IMG/VR virus record: IMGVR_UViG_3300036925_000021
Span: 1 to 55,118 of that record
Strand: one strand, 5' to 3'
DNA: 55,118 nt
From: a virus
Taxonomy: Duplodnaviria > Caudoviricetes
How positions within the stretch are numbered: the stretch's first letter is position 1; each line of letters starts with the position of its first letter. Position numbers and translations under genes: made by a program. The notes under the pieces were generated by a model. That model saw only the letters and a list, made by a program, of their open reading frames with translations. It was not told the DNA's origin and did no database searches. Shown here piece by piece: positions 8,981 to 18,117 of the stretch.

Positions 8981-9397
8981 ATGAGCAAGAAGACCAAAGC
9001 GATGCTGTTCGTCCTCGCCGCACTGGTGGTGCTGGTGGCTCCTCAGGCGGGCGCCATGATCCAGTGGTGCGAGATCGAGATGGGTTGCCTATCTCCGGCC
9101 GGCTGGGCGCCGGAGTACTACGACGACCCCGGCTGTGTCATCAGCACGTACGTGCTCTACTGCACGGCCGCGGCCAGCGTGGACCAGGGGGTCGAGTTCC
9201 AAGCGATCGCCTGCTCCAACACCTACACCTACGAGGTGGCTCTCTGCGCCCCCAACGACACGGAGTGCAACGAAAACGCGAACCAGCACCTCAACGCGTG
9301 CCTCGTGGGCGTGCTTAAGGACTACCACACCGCGTGCGACCCGCAACTGGAAGGGCTGCTGGATGCCCTGGACGGTTGCGGATTCCCCGAGGTTTGA
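8981..9397 (+). CDS. secreted Cys-rich protein (10 Cys)
   Basis: Sec signal MSKKTKAMLFVLAALVVLVAPQAGA; AGGAG RBS; followed by a terminator. Confidence 0.8.
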   Translation: MSKKTKAMLFVLAALVVLVAPQAGAMIQWCEIEMGCLSPAGWAPEYYDDPGCVISTYVLYCTAAASVDQGVEFQAIACSNTYTYEVALCAPNDTECNENANQHLNACLVGVLKDYHTACDPQLEGLLDALDGCGFPEV

Positions 9398-9411
9398 CCT
9401 GAGTTCCGTCG

Positions 9412-9441
9412 AGGGGGCTGGCGGGCGGCCCCCGCTTTTCC
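9412..9441 (+). terminator. intrinsic terminator
   Basis: gggggctg-gcggg-cggccccc followed by gctttt. Confidence 0.55.
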
Positions 9442-9494
9442 ACCCCATCACAGGAGATCATTCCGCCCCCACTGGTGTCAGTGGGACCGTACGG

Positions 9495-9517
9495 CAATCA
9501 GAGGAAAGGAGGCACCC
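9495..9517 (+). repeat. 23-bp direct repeat containing an RBS, copy 2
   Basis: identical to 8584-8606. Confidence 0.9.
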
Positions 9518-9520
9518 AAC

Positions 9521-9724
9521 GTGGTACCCGCGATGATTCAGGCGGTCGTCACCAAGGTCGAGGACCGGATGGAGACGGCCGAAAGCGATGCGGAGGCCGC
9601 CGAGCTGCTGGCCCTCCGCGAAGCCCTGGGGGAGGCCCTGGCGCTGGCCCGCCTGCTCTACCCCGAGGGCGAAAGCGAGGAGGAGTGCAACTTCGTGGCG
9701 GATGCGGCCAGGCCGCCGCCTTGA
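9521..9724 (+). CDS. small acidic helical protein (start may be ATG 9533)
   Basis: directly after the repeated RBS; Glu/Ala-rich. Confidence 0.6.
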   Translation: MVPAMIQAVVTKVEDRMETAESDAEAAELLALREALGEALALARLLYPEGESEEECNFVADAARPPP

Positions 9725-9781
9725 CGGCGACGCGCTGCGCGGGCTACGATGATCACGCTCGCTCCTGACACCACAAGGGAA

Positions 9782-9817
9782 GAGGGGGCCTCCGGCGGCA
9801 ACGCTGGAGGCCCCCTC
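9782..9817. terminator. 16-bp stem with GCAA tetraloop
   Basis: gagggggcctccggcg-gcaa-cgctggaggccccctc. Confidence 0.6.
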
Positions 9818-9841
9818 GCTGCTTCTGGTATCGTTCTGCGC

Positions 9842-10144
9842 ATGCAACCGCTTTTCCCAGCCCTGAGCCCCAGGATGGCCAACGCGCTGGAGCGGCTCGC
9901 CCGGGCGGCCCTGCGCGGCCTCGACCGGCCGCGCCTCAGTCCCGGATGCATCAACGCTCTTGAGCGACGCCGGCTCGTCGCCGGCGGCCACGTCCTGACG
10001 CTGGCCGGCTGGGTGCGCTCCGTGCCGCTGCTCCAGCGCCGCGACCAGGGGGCAGCGGTTCGCATTCTTACTGAGGCCGCCTGGCGGATCTCCGCCGGCG
10101 CCGCCGGCCTTCTTCTTCATCAACCAAGGCAGAAACCGTCGTAG
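9842..10144 (+). CDS. hypothetical protein
   Basis: ORF filling the gap before the Acb2/Tad1-like gene; start uncertain. Confidence 0.4.
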   Translation: MQPLFPALSPRMANALERLARAALRGLDRPRLSPGCINALERRRLVAGGHVLTLAGWVRSVPLLQRRDQGAAVRILTEAAWRISAGAAGLLLHQPRQKPS

Positions 10145-10157
10145 AGGAGACCTGCTC

Positions 10158-10424
10158 ATGAAGCATCCCAGCAACACCCCCGTCTTGATGGACGATCTCG
10201 TCGACCTCTTCACCTACCACCCGCCGGCCGACCGCAGGGTCACGGATCGCTACGAGACGATTCGCGGTGCGGCCCTCACCCTGGCACGAATCATCATCGC
10301 CAGCTGTCCCGGCGGCGCGGATTGCGAGGCGGCCATTCGCAAGGTCCGTGAGGCCGTGATGACTGCCAACGCCGCAATCGCCTGTGAGCCCCCCCGGAAC
10401 GGCTTCGACGAATCGCCCCGATGA
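10158..10424 (+). CDS. Acb2/Tad1-like helical hairpin protein (candidate immune-signal sponge)
   Basis: FTYHPP...YETIR...LARII...CP...AIRKVREAVMTANAAIA signature; GAGGAG RBS. Confidence 0.7.
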   Translation: MKHPSNTPVLMDDLVDLFTYHPPADRRVTDRYETIRGAALTLARIIIASCPGGADCEAAIRKVREAVMTANAAIACEPPRNGFDESPR

Positions 10425-10819
10425 GACCGCGCCTCACCATCACGCTGGAGCTCGCCGCCGGCGACAGCGACCCCGAGGGCCTTCTCGACGACCTGGACGG
10501 GCAGCTTCCGGATCGCCGCGGCGGGGCTGCGGGGGCGGTGTTCGCGCGCGACGCGGCCAGGGTGGAGCCGCAGCGCGGAGCTGCTGGGCCTCGGGTGCGC
10601 CTCGATGTGCGCCTGGGCGACCCGGCGGCGCGCGATGGCTTCCAGGCTGCAGCGCTTGCCCGCGTCGAGCGCGGCCCTCATGCGTCGCGGATCGTTCGCG
10701 GCCAGATCTCTCGGCACGCTTGCCATCACGACGACGAACCGCGGCGACCCTGCGCTCATCCGGAGGTCGTGTGGACGCACCCCAACGGTCCCCCTCGAAG
10801 CGACGAGCCGGACCTGTAG
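10421..10819 (+). CDS. hypothetical protein
   Basis: ATGA coupling. Confidence 0.5.
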   Translation: MRPRLTITLELAAGDSDPEGLLDDLDGQLPDRRGGAAGAVFARDAARVEPQRGAAGPRVRLDVRLGDPAARDGFQAAALARVERGPHASRIVRGQISRHACHHDDEPRRPCAHPEVVWTHPNGPPRSDEPDL

Positions 10820-11033
10820 GCGAGCGCCCCTGTGCTATGATCGGTGCGTTCCTCCTCGTGGCTCGTGTGGCAACCCGCCATAACCGCAGGCCGGAGCATC
10901 CCTTTCCAGGGGCCGTGACGGGGAGGGGGCAGCCGCCCCCTCCCCGAACCGGTTTCCCCCCTCCCCCCAGCCTCCAGCGATCTTTCCGAGCCCCCCTTCC
11001 GCCCCCTAGGTCATCCGCGCTACGCTCGGCGGC

Positions 11034-11327
11034 GTGATGATGCGCAGGCTTCGAGACGTTGCTTCAAGCCACGGGGCGGCGATGGTCTTTCGGGCGACCG
11101 CGTACTTTCAGGCCCTCCCGCGCGGCCACCGCTGGATCCTCTCGTGGGCCGTTGGCGGCGGCCTGGTCGCCGCCTCCATCGCCGGCATGGCGGGTGGCGG
11201 TCGCTGGTGGTGGCTGGTGGCGACCTGGGCCGGGCTCCTGATCCTTGCGCGCACCGGGCTGGGAGTCCTCCTCACTGTGCTCTGGCTCGGCGTCGACGGC
11301 CTCAAGGATAAGGCGGGCCGCTCGTGA
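11034..11327 (+). CDS. small membrane protein
   Basis: two to three hydrophobic segments; stop overlaps the portal start (GTGA). Confidence 0.6.
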   Translation: MMMRRLRDVASSHGAAMVFRATAYFQALPRGHRWILSWAVGGGLVAASIAGMAGGGRWWWLVATWAGLLILARTGLGVLLTVLWLGVDGLKDKAGRS

Positions 11328-13714
11328 GCGACTGGACCGACGTCGCTCGCCGGCTCGTCGTCGGCCGGGCGACGAGCAACACCTCGCCGTACGCCGATGA
11401 AAGCCTGGCCAGCGCGGCGCATGGGCTCCTGGGCGGATTCCTCAGCCGCGGGGGCGCGCTGGCCGGCAGCCAGACGCGCGCCCAGGGGGAGCTGCTCCGG
11501 CTCTACGGCACCACGCCGATTATCCGGATGGTGTCGTACAAGATCGCGGAGACGATCGCCTCCTGCCAATGGTCGCTCCATGCGATGCGCGGCTCACAGC
11601 AGCGCGCGCGAGCGGCGCACTACGCGGCCCAGCAGCGCTACTGGCGGCTCCGGAGCGCTACGAAGCTGCGCGCCGCCGGCGAGCTGGAGGAGGTGGAGGC
11701 GCATCCCTTCCTGGACGGCGTGCGCCTCGGTACGCCGCTTCTGCTTGGCCATCTCAACCTCCAGGTCTCTCAGATCTGCTACGACGTGTCCGGCGAGTAC
11801 TTCTGGGTTCTGGATCGCAACGCCGCCGGCGTGCCCCACCGCTGGTGGGTGGTACCGCCCCACTGGGTCTCCGAAACGCCGACGCTCCAGACCCCCTTCT
11901 TTCGCATCCTGGTCCACGGGGTCAATATCGAGATCCCCATCGAGGACATGGTGTGGGTGCGCGATCCGGACCCCTGGTCGCCCTACCGCCGCGGCACCGG
12001 CGCTGCCCGCTCGCTCGCCGAGGAGCTGGACGCGGACCGCTTCGCCGGCAGCTTCACCTCGCAGTTCTTCGCAAACAACGCGGTGCCCAACCTGCTCATC
12101 ATGGGGCCAAAGCTCAACGAGACGACGCGCGGGCAGATGTCGCGGCGGTGGCTCGATCGCCTTCAGGGCCTGTACAAGAAGTGGCTCCCCTACTTCATGG
12201 AGGCACCGCACGGCGCCCAGGTAAAGGAGCTGTCCCAGGACTTCCAGGCGATGAATTTGGTGGAGCTGCGGAACCGGCACAAGAGCCTCGCTATGGAGGT
12301 CTTCGGCCTCAACCCCGAAATCCTGGGGCACGTCGTCGGGTCCAACCGCGCCACCAGCACGATGGCGCAGCAGAACTTCAGAGCCCACGTCGTCATCCCC
12401 AGGCTGGAGCTGATCCGCGCGGTGTTTCAGTACCGCATCCTCCCGCTCTACAACTCCCCGCGCCCGCTGGTCGCGGAATACACGCTGCCGGAGCTCCAGG
12501 ACCCCGAGCTGGAGCTGGACTACTTCAAGGCCGCGCCATGGGCGCAATCGATTTCGGAGATCCGCCGGCGTCAAGGAGCCGACCCTGCGGAGGACCTGCC
12601 GGACGACGTCCATGCCATCCCGCTCGCCGTGCGGTGGAAGTCACGCGCCGAGCTGCTCAACCCTCCCGCGCCGCCGGCGCCGCCGTTACCCGCAAGCGAC
12701 GAGGGCGGGGACGAGGGTGCGGACGATGCCGAGGAGGAGGCCGAGCCGGCGGAGTCGAAGGCCGCCAGCCACCGCTCGGGGTCCGCGGCGCGCTGGTGGC
12801 CATGGCGTCGAAGGGCTACGGGCGAGGCAGAGTTTTGGGAGGCCTTCATGGCCCTTGCCGAGTCGCTGGAGGGGGAGGCGCGCGACGTGTTCCTCCAGGC
12901 GGCGGCAGCGCTGAAGGACCCCTGGACGGTCGACGACCTGGAGGACCTCATCCGCGACATCGGCGACGCCGATCTGGCAGCGGACCGGGTCGCGGCGGCC
13001 CTCGGGGACGACCGCGCGATGATCGGCCTGGAGGCAGGCTCGGACACCGTCGAAACGCTCATCGTCGAGGCGGCGGCGCTGGCGCGCGACAACCTCATCA
13101 CGGACTTCGGGCTGGGGGCGGTGGACATGGAGGCCTTCTCGGCCCGCGCGGCGAACGCTGCCGCCAGCGTGGTCGGGGAGGAAATCACAAACGTCTCAAA
13201 AAAGACGATCGAGGCGGTCCGGGATCGCATCGTGGCCGGGTACGAGGAGGGGCGCAAGACCCGCGAGATCGCCGAGACCGTCAAGGAGGTCCTCGGCCTC
13301 GACAAGCCGCGAGCGGAGCAGCTCGACAAGTTCATCCGCGGCCTCAACAACCGCCCCCCTCATCTGCCGGATCTCACCCAGGCCGAGATCAACGCAAAGA
13401 TCCAGCGCGAGTACGCGCGGCTCCTCGACCAGCGAGCGTGGACGGTCGCCCGCACGGAGAACCTGCGCGCCGCGACGACGGGCCAAAACGAGCTGTGGCG
13501 CGAGGCCGCCTCGCAGGGCATCATGGACCCGACCGAGTACCGCCGGCGCTGGGTGCGCGTGCCGGCCGCGACGGACTGCCCGATTTGCGAGAGCTACGAG
13601 GGCCAGGAGGTCGGCATCAGCGTTCTGTTCGACGGGATCGAGGGCAAGCTCGACGGGAGCCCAGCGCACGCCAACTGCCTGTGCGCCATCCAGCTGATTC
13701 GCCTGGGGGACTGA
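11324..13714 (+). CDS. portal protein fused to a MuF (phage Mu gpF-like) minor head domain
   Basis: HK97-like portal motifs (GEYFWV, PWSPYRRGTG, FFANNAVP, FGLNPEILG..SNRA); Pro/acidic linker; MuF motifs ARTE, CPIC, PAHANCLC. Confidence 0.88.
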   Translation: MSDWTDVARRLVVGRATSNTSPYADESLASAAHGLLGGFLSRGGALAGSQTRAQGELLRLYGTTPIIRMVSYKIAETIASCQWSLHAMRGSQQRARAAHYAAQQRYWRLRSATKLRAAGELEEVEAHPFLDGVRLGTPLLLGHLNLQVSQICYDVSGEYFWVLDRNAAGVPHRWWVVPPHWVSETPTLQTPFFRILVHGVNIEIPIEDMVWVRDPDPWSPYRRGTGAARSLAEELDADRFAGSFTSQFFANNAVPNLLIMGPKLNETTRGQMSRRWLDRLQGLYKKWLPYFMEAPHGAQVKELSQDFQAMNLVELRNRHKSLAMEVFGLNPEILGHVVGSNRATSTMAQQNFRAHVVIPRLELIRAVFQYRILPLYNSPRPLVAEYTLPELQDPELELDYFKAAPWAQSISEIRRRQGADPAEDLPDDVHAIPLAVRWKSRAELLNPPAPPAPPLPASDEGGDEGADDAEEEAEPAESKAASHRSGSAARWWPWRRRATGEAEFWEAFMALAESLEGEARDVFLQAAAALKDPWTVDDLEDLIRDIGDADLAADRVAAALGDDRAMIGLEAGSDTVETLIVEAAALARDNLITDFGLGAVDMEAFSARAANAAASVVGEEITNVSKKTIEAVRDRIVAGYEEGRKTREIAETVKEVLGLDKPRAEQLDKFIRGLNNRPPHLPDLTQAEINAKIQREYARLLDQRAWTVARTENLRAATTGQNELWREAASQGIMDPTEYRRRWVRVPAATDCPICESYEGQEVGISVLFDGIEGKLDGSPAHANCLCAIQLIRLGD

Positions 13715-13766
13715 GGTGGGCTCGATTCGCGCCGTCGACGCGTAAGCGCGCTGGCGCCGGCCGCTT

Positions 13767-13916
13767 TCATCCGCGCCGCCGGCCGCCCTTCCTGCCCTGC
13801 CCCCGCCGCCGGCGCTTCCGCTGCAGCTTCTTCTTGTCGCGGCGGCGCGCCCTCTTGCTGGCCAGCTTCTTCGCGCGCTCCGCGCGAGCGATTGCCTCGG
13901 GATGCATCGTGCTCAT
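13767..13916 (-). CDS. 49-aa highly basic, protamine-like peptide (absent from the ORF track)
   Basis: MSTMHPEAIARAERAKKLASKRARRRDKKKLQRKRRRRGQGRKGGRRRG; AGGAG RBS; ATGA overlap with the upstream XRE gene. Confidence 0.65.
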   Translation of the reverse strand: MSTMHPEAIARAERAKKLASKRARRRDKKKLQRKRRRRGQGRKGGRRRG

Positions 13917-14356
13917 GCCTTCTCCTGTTCGTGGCGCCCCCGGATCGGCAGGCGCCCCCCCTGACTGGGGCCGGCAAGAAGAAGCACCAGCGAGCCCCCG
14001 GGGCGTTCAAGGTAGCAGTCCATGACTAGGGCGGTCGCCGGCAGCCCCTGGGTGATCTCCAGGACATGCCGGCGCCCACCCTCCAGGCCGGTCGCCAGCT
14101 GGCCGGCGTCGAGCACGACATGGGGCTCGACGGGCGGCTGGTCGTGGAGGGCGAGGTACACCAGGTAGGGGAGCGTCACGCCGAGGCCCTCAGCGATGCG
14201 CCTGAGGTCCTGTAGAAGGCGATCGCCGTTGTCCGATCGGCCCCCCTCCAGGTAGCCCCATCGGTGGTACTCCACGCCGCACCGCTCCGCGGCGTCCTCC
14301 TGGCGGAGATCGGTCAACGCGCGCAGGCACTTGAGGGCGGAAGAGATCGTCGGCAT
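13913..14356 (-). CDS. XRE-family HTH transcriptional regulator
   Basis: ALKCLRALTDLRQEDAAERCGVEYHRWGYLEGG...IAEGLGV; a TACACT -10 just upstream suggests a leaderless mRNA. Confidence 0.8.
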   Translation of the reverse strand: MPTISSALKCLRALTDLRQEDAAERCGVEYHRWGYLEGGRSDNGDRLLQDLRRIAEGLGVTLPYLVYLALHDQPPVEPHVVLDAGQLATGLEGGRRHVLEITQGLPATALVMDCYLERPGGSLVLLLAGPSQGGRLPIRGRHEQEKA

Positions 14357-14414
14357 TCGTAGAGTGTACGGATTCACTGGACGGGGCGCAAGCCTGGCGC
14401 CGATCATCAGGGCC

Positions 14415-15557
14415 GTGAGCCAGCCACAACAAGCCGCGGCAAGCCCTCCGCCCCAGCCCCCGGTTCCGGCGGGCGTCTCCTATGCTGACTACGACGCCTG
14501 GCGCGCGGAGATGCGCCTTTTTGCCACGTCGTCCGCAGCCCGCGAGGCCGGCGCCGAGGACCACTGGATTCGCAAAGGCCTGCCGGCCGAGGTACGGCAG
14601 ATCGAGCCAGAGGATGGCGGCGAGATCTACGAATTCGACTTCGTGATTACCGGCGATGCCAAGCGCGACCGGTACAACGATCTCGTGAGCACTGGTGGCT
14701 GGACCTGGGAGAACTACTTCCTGGGCGGCCCCGGGCCGGTCCTGTGGGCGCACAACAGCTGGCAGCCGCCGATCGCGCGCTGCCCCGCCCCGATCCGGCG
14801 CATCGAGAGCGCCATCGTCGCCCGCTGCATCTTCCCCCGGCCGGAAGAGATCGGCTACGAAGAGGGGCAGCCCCACCTCGCCAGGACCGTCCGCTTGATG
14901 CTCCTGAACAAATTCCTCAAGGCGTGCTCAGTCGGCTTCATGCCGCTGGAGTGGACCTGGGACGACGAGGAGGGGGGCTACAACTTCCTCCGACAGGAGC
15001 TCTACGAGTGGTCCATCGTCCCGGTGCCGGCCTACCCCGGCGCCTACATGCTCGACCAGATGAAAGGCGTGCTGCCAAAGCCCGACGTCGCACCGCTCCT
15101 TCGCTGGTGCGAGGAGACCCTGAGCGCGGATCGCGGCCCGGGCGTTTGGATGCCGCGCGACGTCGCGCAGCATCTTCTCGACGGCATGGGAGCGAAGGGC
15201 CGCGGCTCGGTGGTCATCGACGGGAGCGTGGCGAAGCTCGCCGCAAAGGCTCCACCGGCCGCCTCGCCAAGCACAAGCCAGGCAGCCGCGACCCCGGAAG
15301 CGGCAACTGCCAGCCTTCTTCTTCAAGCGGCCGTCGATCTGGTTCGCAGCGCGCTTCCGGCGGCGCCGATCGAAGCACCGCAGCCGAAGGCGCAGAAGCC
15401 GGCGGTGGTCAAGACCGAGCCCGCGCCGCCCTTCCTGGTCGTCGATCTTGCCGGGCCGCCGGAGGTGGTCGGCTTTTCGGTCAGCCAGGCGGAGATCAAG
15501 GAGGCGGTCCGTGCCGCTTTCAACGAGCAAACGGTCCGGACCGGCCAGGTCTTCTAA
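14415..15557 (+). CDS. HK97-type prohead protease (start approximate)
   Basis: DRYNDLV, PVLWAHN, CSVGF, ELYEWSIVPVPA. Confidence 0.88.
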   Translation: MSQPQQAAASPPPQPPVPAGVSYADYDAWRAEMRLFATSSAAREAGAEDHWIRKGLPAEVRQIEPEDGGEIYEFDFVITGDAKRDRYNDLVSTGGWTWENYFLGGPGPVLWAHNSWQPPIARCPAPIRRIESAIVARCIFPRPEEIGYEEGQPHLARTVRLMLLNKFLKACSVGFMPLEWTWDDEEGGYNFLRQELYEWSIVPVPAYPGAYMLDQMKGVLPKPDVAPLLRWCEETLSADRGPGVWMPRDVAQHLLDGMGAKGRGSVVIDGSVAKLAAKAPPAASPSTSQAAATPEAATASLLLQAAVDLVRSALPAAPIEAPQPKAQKPAVVKTEPAPPFLVVDLAGPPEVVGFSVSQAEIKEAVRAAFNEQTVRTGQVF

Positions 15558-15574
15558 CTAACGGAGGGCGCAGC

Positions 15575-16939
15575 ATGACCATCACCAGCACCGAAATCAC
15601 CGAAACCGCCGCGGCGACGCCGGCAGCGCCGGCGATCCACTTCAAGGATCGCGACGAGTTCCGAACCTTCGTCACGGACATCGTGCGCGAGATCCACGGC
15701 GACGAGGCCGCCGAAACCAGGGAGGCCTCGATCGCCCGCGGCAAAGAGGCGGGAGCGGGCGTCCCGGAGCCGAAGAGCGGCGTGGCCAAGTTCCTCGGCG
15801 CCCTCGGCGCCGGCGAAGGCGAGCGGGCGGCCAGCGATCTCGACCGCCTGGCCGAGGCCGACCCCGAGACCCGCCACCGGCACGCGCAGATTCGGGCCGC
15901 CCTGACGATCCAGGCCCTCGTCACGCACAGCGACGTCGCGCCGAGCCAGCGCGCCGCCGCCGCGGCCGAGTACCTCTCTACGACGTACAAGGGGTCGGAG
16001 CTCGCGGGCCAGGTCGTCCGGGCGCTGACGGCCGCCGACACGGAGAGCGCGGCCATCCTCGTCGGCGACCAGGTGGCCAACGACATCATCGAGCTCACCC
16101 GGCCGCTCGCCGTGCTGAGCCGCCTCGGGGCGCGCACGATCCCGCTGCCGTCCGGCGAACTCACCATCCCCTCGCACGTCGCAGGATCGACCGGCGGCTG
16201 GATCGGCGAGGGCGACGACATCCCGCTGACGCAGCCGGAATTCGGCGCGATCACGATGCGGGAGCGGACCTACGGCGCCATCGTGCCGATCTCGAAGAAG
16301 CTCCTGCGCGTCGCGGACCGCACGCCGGTCGACAGCTTCGTCGTTACCGACCTGCGCAACGACATCGCCGTCTCCCTCGACACCGCGGGCCTGCGCGGCA
16401 GCGGCGTCAATGCTCAGCCCCTCGGGGTGCGCTGGCAGGGCGTGGGCGCCGCAGAGGCGGGCGCCGACATCGCCGGCGTGACGGCCACCCTCCTCGGCTG
16501 CTTCCAGGCGATGGGCGAGGCCGAGCTGGCCATGCTGCGGCTCGGCTGGGGCATGAGCTGGCGCACCTGGGCGCACCTGATGGGGCAGCGCGACGGCAAC
16601 TCGAACCTGGTGTGGGGCGACGAGATGCGGGGCGGCACCCTGATGGGCCAGCGCTACGCGCAGACCTCCAAGATCCCGGACAACCTCGATCCGCTCGCGA
16701 CGGGAACGGCGAACAAGAGCGAGCTGTACTTCATGGACATGGAGGAGGTCCTGGAGGGCCGCGGCCAGCAGATCGCCATCGACATGTCCGAGCAGGCCGC
16801 CTACATGACGGCCGGCGGGCAGGTCCGCTCCAGCTTCCAGAAGTACGAGATGCTGGTGCGCGCGATCGTGGGCTACGACGTCCGCATCCGCCGGTCCGGA
16901 GCCGTGCAGGTCCGTTACGTCACCTGGGGCGCCGCCTAG
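15575..16939 (+). CDS. major capsid protein, HK97 fold
   Basis: IIELTRP..VL..LGAR, WIGEG, PISKKLL, LRGSG...PLG; position after the protease; GGAGG RBS. Confidence 0.92.
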   Translation: MTITSTEITETAAATPAAPAIHFKDRDEFRTFVTDIVREIHGDEAAETREASIARGKEAGAGVPEPKSGVAKFLGALGAGEGERAASDLDRLAEADPETRHRHAQIRAALTIQALVTHSDVAPSQRAAAAAEYLSTTYKGSELAGQVVRALTAADTESAAILVGDQVANDIIELTRPLAVLSRLGARTIPLPSGELTIPSHVAGSTGGWIGEGDDIPLTQPEFGAITMRERTYGAIVPISKKLLRVADRTPVDSFVVTDLRNDIAVSLDTAGLRGSGVNAQPLGVRWQGVGAAEAGADIAGVTATLLGCFQAMGEAELAMLRLGWGMSWRTWAHLMGQRDGNSNLVWGDEMRGGTLMGQRYAQTSKIPDNLDPLATGTANKSELYFMDMEEVLEGRGQQIAIDMSEQAAYMTAGGQVRSSFQKYEMLVRAIVGYDVRIRRSGAVQVRYVTWGAA

Positions 16940-16977
16940 AGCCAACCCCGCAAACCCGGCTGAAGGAGGCCAACAAG

Positions 16978-17433
16978 ATGCATCGACAGCTCGACATGGG
17001 GTTCCACCTCGGCCTGCGCGCCGGCGGCCAGCACGCCGCCGTCGCCGGCGCCGCCAGCGATGGCCAGGAGGTTACCGGCCCGACCTGGCACGACCTGAAG
17101 GACTACGGCTCCGGCGTGCTCGCTCTTGTCGTCCAGGCCACCCTGGCGGAGGATGAGACACTCACCCTGGCGGTGAACCTCCAGGATGCCGCGGACGACC
17201 AGGGCACCGGCGCCGCCGACTACGGCGACGCTTTCGCCGCCGCTGTGGTCCTCACCGGCCCGACCGGGGGCGGCACCGTGCGGACCATCGTGCGGATCGA
17301 CTTCTCCCTGGAGAACTTCCAGGGCTACCTCAACTACCAGCTCACGCCCAGCTTCAGCGCGGCGAACACCGACACCAGCGCGATCGCCGCGGCCTTCGCC
17401 CTCGGCGGGGCGCGCGACCTGCCGGCCGTCTGA
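16978..17433 (+). CDS. probable head decoration protein
   Basis: acidic beta-rich 151-aa protein right after the capsid gene; AAGGAGG RBS. Confidence 0.6.
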   Translation: MHRQLDMGFHLGLRAGGQHAAVAGAASDGQEVTGPTWHDLKDYGSGVLALVVQATLAEDETLTLAVNLQDAADDQGTGAADYGDAFAAAVVLTGPTGGGTVRTIVRIDFSLENFQGYLNYQLTPSFSAANTDTSAIAAAFALGGARDLPAV

Positions 17434-17449
17434 GCCTACGGGAGAACGC

Positions 17450-18040
17450 ATGAGCGACGACATGATCACCGGCAAGTTCACTACCTCGGTACCGCCGTAC
17501 GCCCCGGGAGAGGTCGCCTCCTTCTCGCGCGAAAAGGCAAAGCAGCTCATCGCGAGCGGGGCCTGGGTGCCACTCGGGGTCGACGCGCCGAACCGCGGCC
17601 CGGGGCGCCCGGACCCCAGCGGCGTCGCGAAGGCGATGCGCGCTCTGGCCGACCAGCCGCCGCCGCGCCGGAGCGTCGGCGGCGCGCAAGCCGGCGTCGA
17701 CCTCTTCACCACACCGCCGCCGCCGCCGGCGCCCTCCGCCGCCGCTACGGCCGCCGCCGCGGGCACCATCGGTACGGCAGACCTCACGCCGCAGAAGGCG
17801 CCCGGCAAAACGGCGACCAGCGGTCCGCCGGCGAATCTTCCGCCGGAGAGTGCGCCGCCGGGGCATCCGCTGCACGCCGTCGAGGGCATCGGCCCCGGTA
17901 CCTACGGCACGCTGGAGAAGGTGGCCATCCGAACGGTCGCCGATCTGCGCGCGGCCGAGGAAGCCGCCATCACGGCGCTGGGTATCACCGGTCGCCCCGC
18001 GGCCGTCATCGAGGAGCTGCGCGCCAAGCCGAAGGCGTGA
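17450..18040 (+). CDS. Pro/Ala-rich protein with C-terminal HhH domain
   Basis: VEGIGPGTYGTLEKVAIRTVADL...ALGITGRPAA. Confidence 0.7.
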   Translation: MSDDMITGKFTTSVPPYAPGEVASFSREKAKQLIASGAWVPLGVDAPNRGPGRPDPSGVAKAMRALADQPPPRRSVGGAQAGVDLFTTPPPPPAPSAAATAAAAGTIGTADLTPQKAPGKTATSGPPANLPPESAPPGHPLHAVEGIGPGTYGTLEKVAIRTVADLRAAEEAAITALGITGRPAAVIEELRAKPKA

Positions 18041-18117
18041 CGCGCGCACCATGGACCAACGGGAGAAAGGGCGGTCGCCGGTCGACCGGATGATCCGGAG
18101 GCCACCGATCACGAGTG

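Noticed and set aside
10756-10899. Minus-strand ORF after the CCCCTGGAAAGGG motif
   Set aside because: The ATG abuts the motif with no spacing and the peptide is not protein-like
11569-14025. 818-aa alternative-frame ORF, and similar long ORFs such as 25025-27445, 15554-16945 and 41858-43420
   Set aside because: Shadow ORFs of high-GC genes with low-complexity composition, overlapping well-supported genes
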